Shown here: positions 11,093 through 20,757 of the stretch, piece by piece
Layout: each line of letters opens with the position of its first letter
How positions within the stretch are numbered: position 1 is the stretch's first letter
NCBI GenBank assembly: GCA_963730185.1
Contig: CAVSQW010000004.1
Location: 32,001-96,000, forward strand
Length of the DNA: 64,000 bases
Origin: an uncultured Gemmatimonadales bacterium
Lineage (GTDB): Bacteria > Gemmatimonadota > Gemmatimonadetes > Gemmatimonadales > GWC2-71-9
Direction: 5' to 3'
Made by a program: the position numbers and the translations under genes
The notes under the pieces: generated by a model
The model's database searches: none
Seen by the model: only the letters and a program-made list of their open reading frames with translations
What the model was told of the DNA's origin: nothing

Positions 11093-11816
11093 ATGGGCAC
11101 CGTCTACCGCCTCACGCTGCGCCAGCTCTCCGGCCGCTGGCGGCTGCTCGATCATGACGGTGCTGGCCGCGCTGCCGGTGGTGGTCGCCTGCTGATGCTG
11201 CGCTCGGCGACAGCGCGCCCTCGGTCGGCGGAGTTCGAGCAGGTGGTGTTCTAGCGCGCATGCTCGGCGGGCGCCATCACCCCGCTCGTCGTCCTGGCGA
11301 TCGCCACCGCCGCCTTCGCCAACGAGATCGAGGACCGGACGCTCGCGAACCTGACCCTCGCGCCGCATCCCGCGCTGGCGGATCGTGGTGCCGAAGCTCC
11401 TGGCGGTGATCACGATCGCCGCGCCGTTCGTCGGCGTGAGCGCCTGGCTCACGGCGCAGGTGGCGTTCCTGGACGACCTGGCGCGCCACGATGGCGGTCG
11501 ACCGTCTCGCCGCTGCGTCGGCGTGGCCTGTACGCCTCGGCGTTCGTCTGGCTCGGGCTGGTCACCACCCAGGCGATCGGCATCGGGCTCGCTCTACATC
11601 GTGATCTGGGAAGGGTTCTTCTCGGGGTTCGTGGCCGGCGTGCGGCTGCTCAGCATCCGGCACTACGCCATCGGCGTGATGCACGGGTTGGACGCACGCC
11701 GGTTCGCGGCGGTTCCGCACCTGGGGCCCGTGGCGGCGGTGATCGTCTCGCTGTTGGTGTTCGCGGGGTTTCTCGCCTTGTCGATCCGCCGGCTCCGCCG
11801 GATGGATGTCCCCTAG
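11093..11816 (+). CDS. ABC-2 type transporter permease, multiple frameshifts
   Basis: MGTVYRLTLRQL, NEIEDRTL, YIVIWEG and RLRRMDVP segments in different frames; hydrophobic throughout. Confidence 0.72.
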
Positions 11817-12023
11817 TGCGATGCCGGGTTGCGTCATGACGCAGGGAGCAAGCGCTGGCGGAGCCCCGCCGAGGAGCGAGGCGCAAGAGATGGGAACACG
11901 GTGGGCTGCCTCCGGGCGACCGGACAGGAGAACCACGATGTTGGCGCAACGACGCCAAACGCCGGAGACGCCCGCGGACGGCGACGCCGAGGTGATTCGC
12001 CCCTTCGACGAGGAGTGACCGTC

Positions 12024-13907
12024 ATGGTTCCGCCGCGCCGGATCCCGGTCGAAGACTTCTTCCGGAAGCCCGAGCGGACCGCCGTGCGGATCTCGCCGGG
12101 TGGCACCCATCTCGGCTGGCTCGCTCCCTGGGAGCGGCGCCTCAACGTCCACGTGCGCGACCTCGCCACCGGAGAAGGAGCGGCGCGTCACGCACGCGAC
12201 GGCCCGCGACGTGCTGGGCTGGCTCTGGGCGAGCGACGACCGGCTCGTCTACGCCCAGGACTCCGGCGGGGACGAGAACTACCGCCTCTACGCGGTGAAG
12301 GCCGACGGCTCGGGAGCGATCGATCTCACGCCGTTCGAGGGCGTGAAGTGCGGGCTCGTGGACGACCTGGAGGACGAGCCGGATCAGGTCCTGTTCCAGA
12401 TGAACCGGCGCGATCCGCGGGTCTTCGACGCCTACCGCGCGAACGTCGCGACCGGCGAGATCCAGCTCGTCGCCGAGAATCCGGGCAACGTCACGGGCTG
12501 GGTCACCGACTGGTCCGGCCGCATTCGGGCCGCGTCCGCCAACGACGGCGTCTCGACGAGCCTGCTGTACCGCGAAACCGAGGCCGCTCCCTGGCGGACG
12601 GTCGCGACGCACGACTTCCGGGAGACGGCTCCGGCCGCTCCGCTTCACCTTCGACGACCGTCGCCTCCTCGTGTCCTCCAACGTCGGCCGCGACAGGACC
12701 GCGATCTTCGAGTACGACCCGACGACCGCCGAGCACGGGGCGCTGATCTTCGAGCACCCCGAGGTGGACGTCGCCGGGCTCACACGTCTCGCGGCGGCGC
12801 CGGGTCCTGACCGCGGTGGCCTACGAGACCGACAAGCCGGGGTGGCACTTCCTCGACGAGGAGCGCCGCGCCCAGCAGGAGTACCTCGACGCGGAGCTCC
12901 CCGGCCGCCTGAACCGGCTGCGCTCGCACTCTCGCGACGAGACGCGCTGGGTCGTGCACTCCGGCGGCGACCGCACGCCGGGCAGCTATCACCTGCTCAC
13001 CTGGGAGGATCACGGCGCGCGCCGGGAGCTGACGCCGCTCTTCGAGGCGAGCCCCTGGCTGCGCGAGGACGAGCTCGCGCCGATGCAGCCGATCTCCTAC
13101 TCGAGCCGCGACGGCCTGACGATCCACGGCTACCTGACCGTGCCGGCGGGCGTCGAGCCGAAGAACCTGCCGCTCGTGCTCAACCCGCACGGCGGACCCT
13201 GGTATCGCGACTCCTGGGGCTTCAACCCGGAGGTCCAGTTCCTCGCCAACCGCGGCGCGGCCGTGCTGCAGGTCAACTACCGAGGGTCGACCGGCTACGG
13301 GAAGGCGTTCTGGGAGGCGAGCTTCGGCCAGTGGGGCCTCGCCATGCAGGACGACCTGACCGACGCCGTGCGCTGGGCGGTGGACCAGGGGATCGCCGAC
13401 CCCGCCCGCGTCGCCATCTACGGCGGCAGCTACGGCGGCTACGCGACGCTCGCCGGCATCACGAAGGAGCCGGATCTCTTCGCCTGCGCCGTGAGCTACT
13501 GCGGCGTGTCGAACATCTTCACGTTTCTCGAGGCGTTCCCGCCGTACTGGGAGCCGCTGCGCGCCATGGTGCACGAGATGATCGGCGACCCGGAGCGCGA
13601 CGCCGAGCGCCTGAAGGCGACGTCGCCGCTCTTCCACGTGGACCGCATCCGCTGTCCGCTGCTGGTCGCCCAGGGTGCCAACGACCCGCGGGTGCGGAAA
13701 GGCGAGTCGGATCAGATCGTCGCGGCGCTGCGGGAGAGGGGAGTGGAGGTCGAGTACCTCGTCAAGGACGACGAGGGGCACGGGTTCGCGAACGAGGAGA
13801 ATCAGTTCGACTTCTACCGCGCGATGGAGCGGTTCCTCGCCAAGCACCTCGAGCTGAACGGCGGAAATCAGGGTCGACCGATGTCTTCGTTCCAGAGCTC
13901 AGGATGA
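12024..13907 (+). CDS. S9 family (prolyl oligopeptidase/acylaminoacyl) peptidase, frameshifted (~12180, ~12630, ~12785)
   Basis: [12 protein letters not shown]-terminus; HGGPW, GGSYGG (Ser), GANDPRV (Asp) and EGHGF (His). Confidence 0.92.
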
Positions 13908-14320
13908 GCCGAGACGAACTCCGACAACAGCCGGTGGCACTCGCCGGAGTCGAGGTCGGTCACCTCGATGCCGCGCTCCCGGAGCCAGTCGAGCCCGCCC
14001 CGAAAGGTCCGCGACTCGCCGACGATCACCCGGCCGATGCCGAACTGCACCACCAGTCCGCTGCAATACCAGCACGGCGCCAGGGTCGTCACCATGACCG
14101 TCTCGCGATAGTCGCGCTGCCGCCCCGCCCGCCGGAAGGCGTCGGTCTCGGCGTGGGTGGCGGGGTCGTCATCCTGGACCCGGCGGTTGTGACCCCGGCC
14201 CAGCAGGGTGCCGTCGGGGCGAAACAGGGCGGCCCCGATCGGGATGCCCCCTTCGGCCAGACCCTGGCGGGCCTCCTCGATGGCGACCCGGAGCATCGCC
14301 GCATCGCGGTCGTTCGTCAT
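13868..14320 (-). CDS. Zn-dependent nucleoside/cytosine deaminase (yeast Fcy1-like)
   Basis: HAE...PCxxC zinc motif; EGGIPIG, GRGHNRRVQ and C-terminal WNEDIG. Confidence 0.88.
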   Translation of the reverse strand: MTNDRDAAMLRVAIEEARQGLAEGGIPIGAALFRPDGTLLGRGHNRRVQDDDPATHAETDAFRRAGRQRDYRETVMVTTLAPCWYCSGLVVQFGIGRVIVGESRTFRGGLDWLRERGIEVTDLDSGECHRLLSEFVSAHPELWNEDIGRP

Positions 14321-14565
14321 CCGCTCTCACCCCTCCGATCGGTCACCGGCCATGGCCCCGACTTGCTGCTCGACTCCGGCGGCTTCGACCACGACCAGAG
14401 AAGGGTGGCCCGGGTCCTGAAAGTCAAGCGTGGCTCATGAGGCCGGCGCTGATCCCAACGGAAGCAGCCTCGGAGAGGCCGGGCACCCTTCATTTGGATA
14501 CAATTCGGCGCTACGTTCTGCCGTCGCTCACGCTCCCAACCTCTCTCCCAGCCTGGGACCACGCC

Positions 14566-15978
14566 ATGATCCAACGTCTGCTCCGCCGGACGGTGATCGG
14601 CTTCTCGCTGCTCGCCGCGATCGCCCCCGCCGCGCTCCCGGCCCAGACCGGGCGCTACGACGCGGCCAAGACCCAGGCCGCCCTGACCGGCATGATCCAG
14701 CGGATCGTGCGGGGCGGTGTGCCCTCCGTCTCGATCGCGCTGGTCCGGGGAGATTCGATCGTGTGGACGGCGGCCTTCGGCTACGCCAACGTCCGGACCC
14801 GGACGCCGGCCACGCCCCAGACCTACTACAGCACTGGGTCGACTTTCAAATCGGCCACCGCGACCGCCATCATGCAGCTGGTGGAGCAGGGGAAGCTCTC
14901 CCTCGACGATCCGGTCAACCGCTACCTCGGCGACGCGCAGGTCCAGGACCGGCTCCAGAGCGAGAAGGCGGTGACCTTCCGACATATCCTGTCGCACTGG
15001 TCGGGGCTGACCGCCGGGGCGGAGACCCAGCCGCTGTGGGGGCGCAAGCTGCCCAAGACCCTCGAGCAGATGGTGTCGAGCCTCTACTCGATCAGGGCGC
15101 CGGAGACCAAGTGGGAGTACAACAACTTCGCCTATGGGATGGCGGGGCTGCTGGTTCAGAAGATCTCGGGCGAGGAGTACGAGCAGTACATGGTCGAACA
15201 CGTGCTCCGGCCGCTCGGCATCACGGCGCCGCACCCGGTGTATCCCACCCCCGAGATGGTGGAGCTGATGGCGCTGCCCTACGACCCGGGCCGAGCGGGG
15301 GCGCCGCCCACGCCGGTGGCGCAGGTGCATTTCGACGTGTACCCCGCCGGCGACGTCTGGCTCACCGCCGAAGACATGGCCCGCTTCCTCGGCGCCCACC
15401 TCAACGGTGGGGCGTTCCAGGGGCATCGGATCCTGTCCGAGGAGTCGGTGCGGCAGGCCCACGAGCCCCAGTTCGGCGGCAACTACGCCTTCGGCTGGGG
15501 GGTCCAGAAGGACGCCAAGGGACACACCATCCTGAGCCACAGCGGCGGGATCCCCGGCATGAGCTCCCAGATGGTGGGTGACCTCGATGCCAAGGTGGGC
15601 GTCTACTTCATGTCGAACTCGGGGGCCCCGGGCTGGCTGGCCCAGGCCGCGCTGGCGCTGCTCCGAGGCGAAGACTACACCCCGCCGCCGGAGCGGACGG
15701 CGATCACTCTGGCCCCGAGCATCCTGGACCGGTACGTGGGCACCTACGACCTCAGCGCCGACGTGACCATCGCCGTGTCGCGCGAGGGGCCCGGACTGAT
15801 GGCGCGGTTCAACGGCGCCAAGGAGGGAACCCTGCTCCTGCCCGAGACCGAGACCCGCTTCTTCGTGCCGGGGGCGGGGCTGGTCATCACCTTCGGCGTC
15901 GACCCGGCGGGTGCGGTCGATCGGCTCGAGCTGGGCGACGGGGGCGAGAAGCAGGTGGCGAAGCGCCGGAAGCCCTGA
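14566..15978 (+). CDS. Serine hydrolase (beta-lactamase/AmpC-like family) with C-terminal DUF3471-like domain
   Basis: Signal peptide; SxxK (STFK), YxN (YNN) and HSG motifs; 'LDRYVGTY' C-terminal domain. Confidence 0.88.
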   Translation: MIQRLLRRTVIGFSLLAAIAPAALPAQTGRYDAAKTQAALTGMIQRIVRGGVPSVSIALVRGDSIVWTAAFGYANVRTRTPATPQTYYSTGSTFKSATATAIMQLVEQGKLSLDDPVNRYLGDAQVQDRLQSEKAVTFRHILSHWSGLTAGAETQPLWGRKLPKTLEQMVSSLYSIRAPETKWEYNNFAYGMAGLLVQKISGEEYEQYMVEHVLRPLGITAPHPVYPTPEMVELMALPYDPGRAGAPPTPVAQVHFDVYPAGDVWLTAEDMARFLGAHLNGGAFQGHRILSEESVRQAHEPQFGGNYAFGWGVQKDAKGHTILSHSGGIPGMSSQMVGDLDAKVGVYFMSNSGAPGWLAQAALALLRGEDYTPPPERTAITLAPSILDRYVGTYDLSADVTIAVSREGPGLMARFNGAKEGTLLLPETETRFFVPGAGLVITFGVDPAGAVDRLELGDGGEKQVAKRRKP

Positions 15979-16030
15979 TCGGCGGGGTCCGGTGGCGGAT
16001 GTGGACCTGGCCGGCCTCAACGATTCGGTC

Positions 16031-16079
16031 TACTCGGTAGTACAAAGTACTTGACAAGCGCAAGGCCAGGTGACATCAT
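16031..16079 (+). promoter_or_regulatory. Sigma70-type promoter (TTGACA-17-CATCAT with extended TG) flanked by AGTAC-N3-GTACT palindrome
   Basis: TTGACA 16051-56, TG 16071-72, CATCAT 16074-79. Palindromes at 16031-42 and 16039-51. Confidence 0.6.
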
Positions 16080-16137
16080 GGTGATTCCGGTGCCCGCCGG
16101 GAACGGGTGCCGTCCTCGCTCACCTGGAGGTCGCGGA

Positions 16138-16431
16138 ATGAGTTTCACCGCCGTGCTGAAGCGACCCAGTGCGTTCCTGCCCCTGGTGTGCTCGGGGCTC
16201 GCCCTGGCTCTGGTGCTCGGACACGTGGCGCTCTACGGGGTCGCTCGTCAGGCTGATGAAGGGGCGGCCGCCCACCTCTTCCAGCTGGTGATGGTCTTGC
16301 AGGCGCCGATCATCGCCTATTTCGCGGTCCGGTGGGTGCCGCGGGAGGGGAAGTCGGCCTGGTCGGTGCTCGCGCTCCAGGTGGGCGCGGCCATCCTGGC
16401 GCTGGCGCCGGTGTTCCTGCTCGAGCTCTAG
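16138..16431 (+). CDS. Small hypothetical membrane protein (about 3 TM helices)
   Basis: GGAGG RBS; hydrophobic helices around 'DEGAAAHLFQL'. Confidence 0.75.
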   Translation: MSFTAVLKRPSAFLPLVCSGLALALVLGHVALYGVARQADEGAAAHLFQLVMVLQAPIIAYFAVRWVPREGKSAWSVLALQVGAAILALAPVFLLEL

Positions 16432-16501
16432 GCCGAAGCAGGGCCTGGTCCGCGGGGGACGGTGCCGTCAGACAAGGTGGGGTCGGCAACCGGCTTGCCG
16501 G

Positions 16502-17410
16502 TCAGGCCTCGCATCGCCGGCGGAGGACGCGCTCCAGCCGAAGGAACGCCAGCTCGATCCCGCCGAAGCGGTCGGTGCTGAACAGGATCCGGCCGCCGGC
16601 CGGACTCCAGACCGGGTCGCCATCGAAGCCGGCGCTCCGGGTCAGGCGCTCCGACCACCCGTCGTTCAGGTCCACGACCCAGAGGTCGCGGTTTCCATCC
16701 ACCTCCGACGCATAGACCAGACACCGTCCGTTCGGCGACCACGACGGATAGCCGTTGGAGCCGGAACCGCGGCTGACCTGTCGAACGTCCCGCCCACCGG
16801 CACTCATCACGTACACTTGCAGGTGGAAACGCTCGCGACCGCGATCGGAATGGAACGCGATCTGCCGGCCATCGGGTGACCAGCGGGCGTCGGAGTCGTA
16901 GCCCGGGTGTCGCGCCAGGGGCGTCAGCCGGCCGCTCTCGACGTTCCGGAGATAGATGTCGTGCCCGGTGCCGGCGGCGGGGTCGACGGCGTCGAACAGC
17001 AGGCGACGTCCTGACGGGTCTTCCAGCGGTCGGAAGGCTTCCCAGGCCAGCGTGTCCATTCGGGTGACGTTGCCGGAGAGTGGCTCCAGACGGAGGAGGC
17101 GGTATTTCCCCTCACGTTGCCCGTAGAACAGGATCGCCGAGCCGTCCGGAGACCAGCTCGGCCACCCCACCGGGGCAGCCTCGTTCGTCAATCGAAGGAG
17201 ATCGCCGCCGTCCGCCGCGACGGACCAGACCTGCCAGCCGGCTTCCCGGTCCGAGACGAACGCGATGCGGCGCCCGTCCGGGGCGAAGAACGCCTGCCCG
17301 TTGCGAGCGCCGGAGGTCGTGAACCGACTCACCCGGTCCTGAGGCTGCGCCGCGGCCAAGCCGAGAACCACCAGGCTGCCCGCCAGAGGAACCCACCGTC
17401 GCATCGTCAT
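16502..17410 (-). CDS. TolB-like / PD40 (WD40-like) beta-propeller protein
   Basis: Signal peptide; repeated WSPDG...IAF.SDR motifs. Confidence 0.88.
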   Translation of the reverse strand: MTMRRWVPLAGSLVVLGLAAAQPQDRVSRFTTSGARNGQAFFAPDGRRIAFVSDREAGWQVWSVAADGGDLLRLTNEAAPVGWPSWSPDGSAILFYGQREGKYRLLRLEPLSGNVTRMDTLAWEAFRPLEDPSGRRLLFDAVDPAAGTGHDIYLRNVESGRLTPLARHPGYDSDARWSPDGRQIAFHSDRGRERFHLQVYVMSAGGRDVRQVSRGSGSNGYPSWSPNGRCLVYASEVDGNRDLWVVDLNDGWSERLTRSAGFDGDPVWSPAGGRILFSTDRFGGIELAFLRLERVLRRRCEA

Positions 17411-17447
17411 CCCGTCCTCATCTTGCCGGCGAGAGCCGCTCCTCAGC

Positions 17448-18743
17448 TCAAGGCTTGGTCAGCCGATACATCCGCACGTACTCGACGTCGTTCTCGTCCT
17501 TCCACACCCCGAGCAGGTAGTCGTCGCCGATGGTCCGAACCGCGAAGCGGGGCGGCATCGTCACGGTGCCCAGCCAGACCCCGGTCGAGTCGAACACGTC
17601 CCAGCCGGCCGACGGGTTGGGGTGTTGAGGCGGGGGCATGTCCTCTTCCAGGTCGTAGGCGCGAACCCACAGGTTCCCGGCCTCGTCTACCCTGATTCGG
17701 GAAAACGCCGGCAGCACGGGCGCGTACGCCATCTCGTCGAGGGCCTGCTTGAACAGCTGGAGCGTGCGTTCCGGGACCGGGCGCCCGTTCGCGCCGATCG
17801 GGCTGAGGAGGCGCCTCGCGTACTCGTCGCGAAGCGCCGCGGTGACCGGTGTGGGTTCGACCCGGCGTCGGATGATCGTGGCGAGGGCCGCGGCCTTCCA
17901 CTCCGGACTGGAGGAAGCCGACGAGCCGCCCCGAACGAACTCCCGAATCTCGTACCGGTTGTCCGGCGCCACGTAGATCCGGTCGGCGACGCCCTCGAGC
18001 AAGGGCCTCCGGCCGAAGGCGTCCGGCCCCCCGATCGGCGACAAGGCGGACCGGTGATGAGGCGCGCCCGCGAGACGGACGAGGGTGGTGGCTCGGCTTC
18101 CGTCGGCCGCGACCCAGTCCACCGTCGCCGAATCGGTCCAGTGCCCCAGCGCGTTCCAGGCGGAGCGGGCCTTGAAGGGAAGCGTGCGGAGGGAGAGGAA
18201 CGACCCGTCCGCCATCACGACGCTCGGTGCCGCCCACTGCACATCCGGAGTGTGGCGTAGTCCGACGCGGACGAACGCCCCGGTCGGCGAGAGGACCTGG
18301 AGCCGGTCGTTGTCCGCGACGAGCAGGGAATCTCCCGGGAGCCGCCGAATGCCGGCGAAGCTGGAGAACTCGCCCGGGCCCTTGCCCCTGCCGCCGGCCT
18401 TGGCGACGAAGCGACCGGTGCTGTCGTAGAACCGGATCTCGCTGGTGCCCCCGTCCAGCACGACGATCCGTCCATCCGAAAGCCGAAGGGGGCCTTGAAC
18501 CCTGGTCAGCTGGTACTCGGGAGCGCCCTCGGCCGCCCCGATCGAGACAGCCGGGGAATCGCTCACCCGCCAGCGGGTCGAGTCGGACCACCGCGGAGCG
18601 CGGCTCTCGACGATTCGGATGCCGCTGCTGTCGCGGACTGCGGACCCGCCGGCGCCGGACGACGAGCACGCGAGCGCGGCCAGGATGGGGATCGCGGATG
18701 CGAGTCCGGCAACGAGAGGGGTCGGCCGTCTGGCGGTGGGCAT
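17448..18743 (-). CDS. 6-bladed beta-propeller lipoprotein
   Basis: Lipobox ALAC; RDSSGIRIVES, GGRGKGPGEF and WDVFDSTGVWLG motifs. Confidence 0.8.
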   Translation of the reverse strand: MPTARRPTPLVAGLASAIPILAALACSSSGAGGSAVRDSSGIRIVESRAPRWSDSTRWRVSDSPAVSIGAAEGAPEYQLTRVQGPLRLSDGRIVVLDGGTSEIRFYDSTGRFVAKAGGRGKGPGEFSSFAGIRRLPGDSLLVADNDRLQVLSPTGAFVRVGLRHTPDVQWAAPSVVMADGSFLSLRTLPFKARSAWNALGHWTDSATVDWVAADGSRATTLVRLAGAPHHRSALSPIGGPDAFGRRPLLEGVADRIYVAPDNRYEIREFVRGGSSASSSPEWKAAALATIIRRRVEPTPVTAALRDEYARRLLSPIGANGRPVPERTLQLFKQALDEMAYAPVLPAFSRIRVDEAGNLWVRAYDLEEDMPPPQHPNPSAGWDVFDSTGVWLGTVTMPPRFAVRTIGDDYLLGVWKDENDVEYVRMYRLTKP

Positions 18744-18971
18744 TGAAGGCTCGACCGTTCGGGGAGGACTTGGCGGTGCCGGCGGGGCCCTCAGGCGCAC
18801 CGTCGCGGGGATGGTGCGGGGCCGCCAACCCGACCATGATATCCCGCTCGGGGCTGGGCCGCCAGCGAGCGCGGCCCCGTCGTCAGGTTAGGGAGGCGAG
18901 CCGGGTCCTGACCTGCCACCGAGCCGGCCGAGTCCGAACCCCAGTAGAGGGCGCCGAGGTTGGAGGGGAGG

Positions 18972-19343
18972 TCAGACGTGCTGGTCGACCAGGATCGGAT
19001 TCCCGTCCGGGTCCACGACCACGAAGCTCGCCGGCCCCGTGGTCGACTCGTCCGCCTCCGTGGCGAACCGGACACCCCTCGCCTTGAGCTCCCGCTGCAG
19101 CGCCCGCACGTCGGTGAACGGCTCCAGCGGCTTGGCGTCCTGGTCCCAGCCCGGATTGAAGGTCAGGATGTTCTTGTCGAACATGCCCTGGAACAGGCCG
19201 ATCACATGGCGGCCGTTCTTGAGGATGGTCCAGCGCGCGGACGGGTCGCACGGCGGCCCGTTGAAGCCGAGCTTCTCGTAGAAGGCGCGGGAGGCGGCGA
19301 GATCCTTGACGGCCAGGCTGACGGAGAAGGCACCGAGGTCCAT
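18972..19343 (-). CDS. VOC family (glyoxalase/bleomycin resistance) protein
   Basis: SLAVKDLAASRAFYEKLGF and DPDGNPILVDQH motifs. Confidence 0.92.
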   Translation of the reverse strand: MDLGAFSVSLAVKDLAASRAFYEKLGFNGPPCDPSARWTILKNGRHVIGLFQGMFDKNILTFNPGWDQDAKPLEPFTDVRALQRELKARGVRFATEADESTTGPASFVVVDPDGNPILVDQHV

Positions 19344-19374
19344 GATGGTATCGCTCCTGTCGATGGGTGGTCGT

Positions 19375-19926
19375 TCAGCTCGACGAGGCGTCGAGCGCGG
19401 CGGCGCCGGTGGGCGGCTTGGCCCGACTCAGAACGCCGGCCGCGACCAGGGTGAAGACGAGGCCGATCGGCAGGGGCTCGAGGAAGGTGTAGGCGATGTT
19501 GACCAGCGGGTTCCGGTACCGGTCGGCGAACGCCGCCATCTCGCGGGTCCGGGCGGCGATGTCGGCCTCGGAGGCGCCGGCCTTCCTGGCCTGCTCGACG
19601 GTGTAGGCCGCGTACTTCTCGCCGAAGTCGGGGGCGAGCTTGAAGTAGATCAACTCCCAGGTGGCCACGTAGCAGGCCGTGGCGACCAGGGTGATGAGGA
19701 GGCCGACGGCGAAGGCTCGCCCGAAGGTGATCCGCCCACCCGCCACGTTGTCCCGGTAGGACTTGACCCCGAACCAGACCATCAGGAAGGCCAGCACCAT
19801 CGTGGTGTAGCCGATGACCTCGCCCCGGCCGATCCCGATCCGGTCCTGGAAGGGCAGGGTGAGGAGCATCATCGCCGACAGGATGGCGCCGGCGATGAGG
19901 CCGAAGGTCAGGACGATCTTGCGCAT
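19375..19926 (-). CDS. DUF4199-like membrane protein
   Basis: MRKIVLTFGLIAG, GYTTMVLAF..V.FGVKSYRD and ITFGRAF motifs; about 4 TM helices. Confidence 0.8.
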   Translation of the reverse strand: MRKIVLTFGLIAGAILSAMMLLTLPFQDRIGIGRGEVIGYTTMVLAFLMVWFGVKSYRDNVAGGRITFGRAFAVGLLITLVATACYVATWELIYFKLAPDFGEKYAAYTVEQARKAGASEADIAARTREMAAFADRYRNPLVNIAYTFLEPLPIGLVFTLVAAGVLSRAKPPTGAAALDASSS

Positions 19927-19984
19927 GGCGGCTCGCTCGAGACGTTGGGGACGGCCGATTCTACGGGTCGGCGGCGTTCCGCGC

Positions 19985-20039
19985 GTCACCCGAAGGAATG
20001 ATTTCGGCGGTTTCGGGTCGAAATCACCCGAAAGTTGAT
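19985..20039. promoter_or_regulatory. Candidate LuxR-type operator boxes
   Basis: TCACCCGAA occurs at 19986 and 20024, each within a TCA...TGAT pseudo-palindrome. An inverted TTCGGGT lies between them. Confidence 0.55.
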
Positions 20040-20064
20040 CGACGACGGGGCATACCGGCGCCGA

Positions 20065-20511
20065 TCAGGCAATGATCCGGAATTCCTTGCCGAGTTGGAC
20101 GGCCTGGGTGCGCCGCCGGGCGCCGAGTTTGTCGAAGACCCGGCTCGAATGGGTCTTGACCGTATTCTCGCTGACGTGGACCCGTTCCGCGATCTCCCGG
20201 TTGCTGAGCCCTTCGGCGATCAGCTCGAGGATTTCCAGCTCCCTCGGCGTGAGGCCGAGCGACTCGACCCTGGCCTGGTCCCGGACGAAGGTGGCCGGGG
20301 CCGGTACCAGGACCTCGCGCACCACGACCTTCTCGGTGGGCCGGGTGAGTCGGCGGCCGAGCCAGAGGCCGAGACTCACGAAGACGAGCGCGACCAACCC
20401 GCCGTAGATCTCGACCGAATGCTCGACCACGATCCAGCGATACTCGATCAGCTGGAGCAGGGCGATCAGGAGGCCGCCCAGGAGGCCGAAAAGCAGGACG
20501 TGCTTCCGCAT
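20065..20511 (-). CDS. Membrane-anchored LuxR/NarL-type HTH regulator without receiver domain
   Basis: Two N-terminal TM helices, then LTPRELEIL..IAEGLSNREIA..VSENTVKTH. Confidence 0.92.
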   Translation of the reverse strand: MRKHVLLFGLLGGLLIALLQLIEYRWIVVEHSVEIYGGLVALVFVSLGLWLGRRLTRPTEKVVVREVLVPAPATFVRDQARVESLGLTPRELEILELIAEGLSNREIAERVHVSENTVKTHSSRVFDKLGARRRTQAVQLGKEFRIIA

Positions 20512-20757
20512 GACGAGAGTCTACGGCGCCTCGGGAACGAAGGGGTCGTCGTCGCTCCGCTGCCGGAGGCTCCGGCTGAAGAGCCGATCGCTGGGGTCGA
20601 AGCCGAAGGTCATGGACTGCTGAAAGTTACCCGGCGCCCGGGCCCCTTCGTGGCATCGGCCCCAACGGCTAACCTCAGGTGGCTGCCGGGGTTAGTATAA
20701 CAGATCGGAGCCCACGCGCCTCACTGCAAAATGTACCCCGCCACCGGGAGGGGAGAC

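Noticed and set aside
13868..13907. 40-bp convergent overlap of the peptidase and deaminase genes as a regulatory feature
   Set aside because: Short convergent overlaps are common, and an indel could place the true peptidase stop at TGA 13855-13857.
14321..14560. Possible small ORF or riboswitch upstream of the deaminase
   Set aside because: No convincing start/RBS and no recognisable aptamer consensus.
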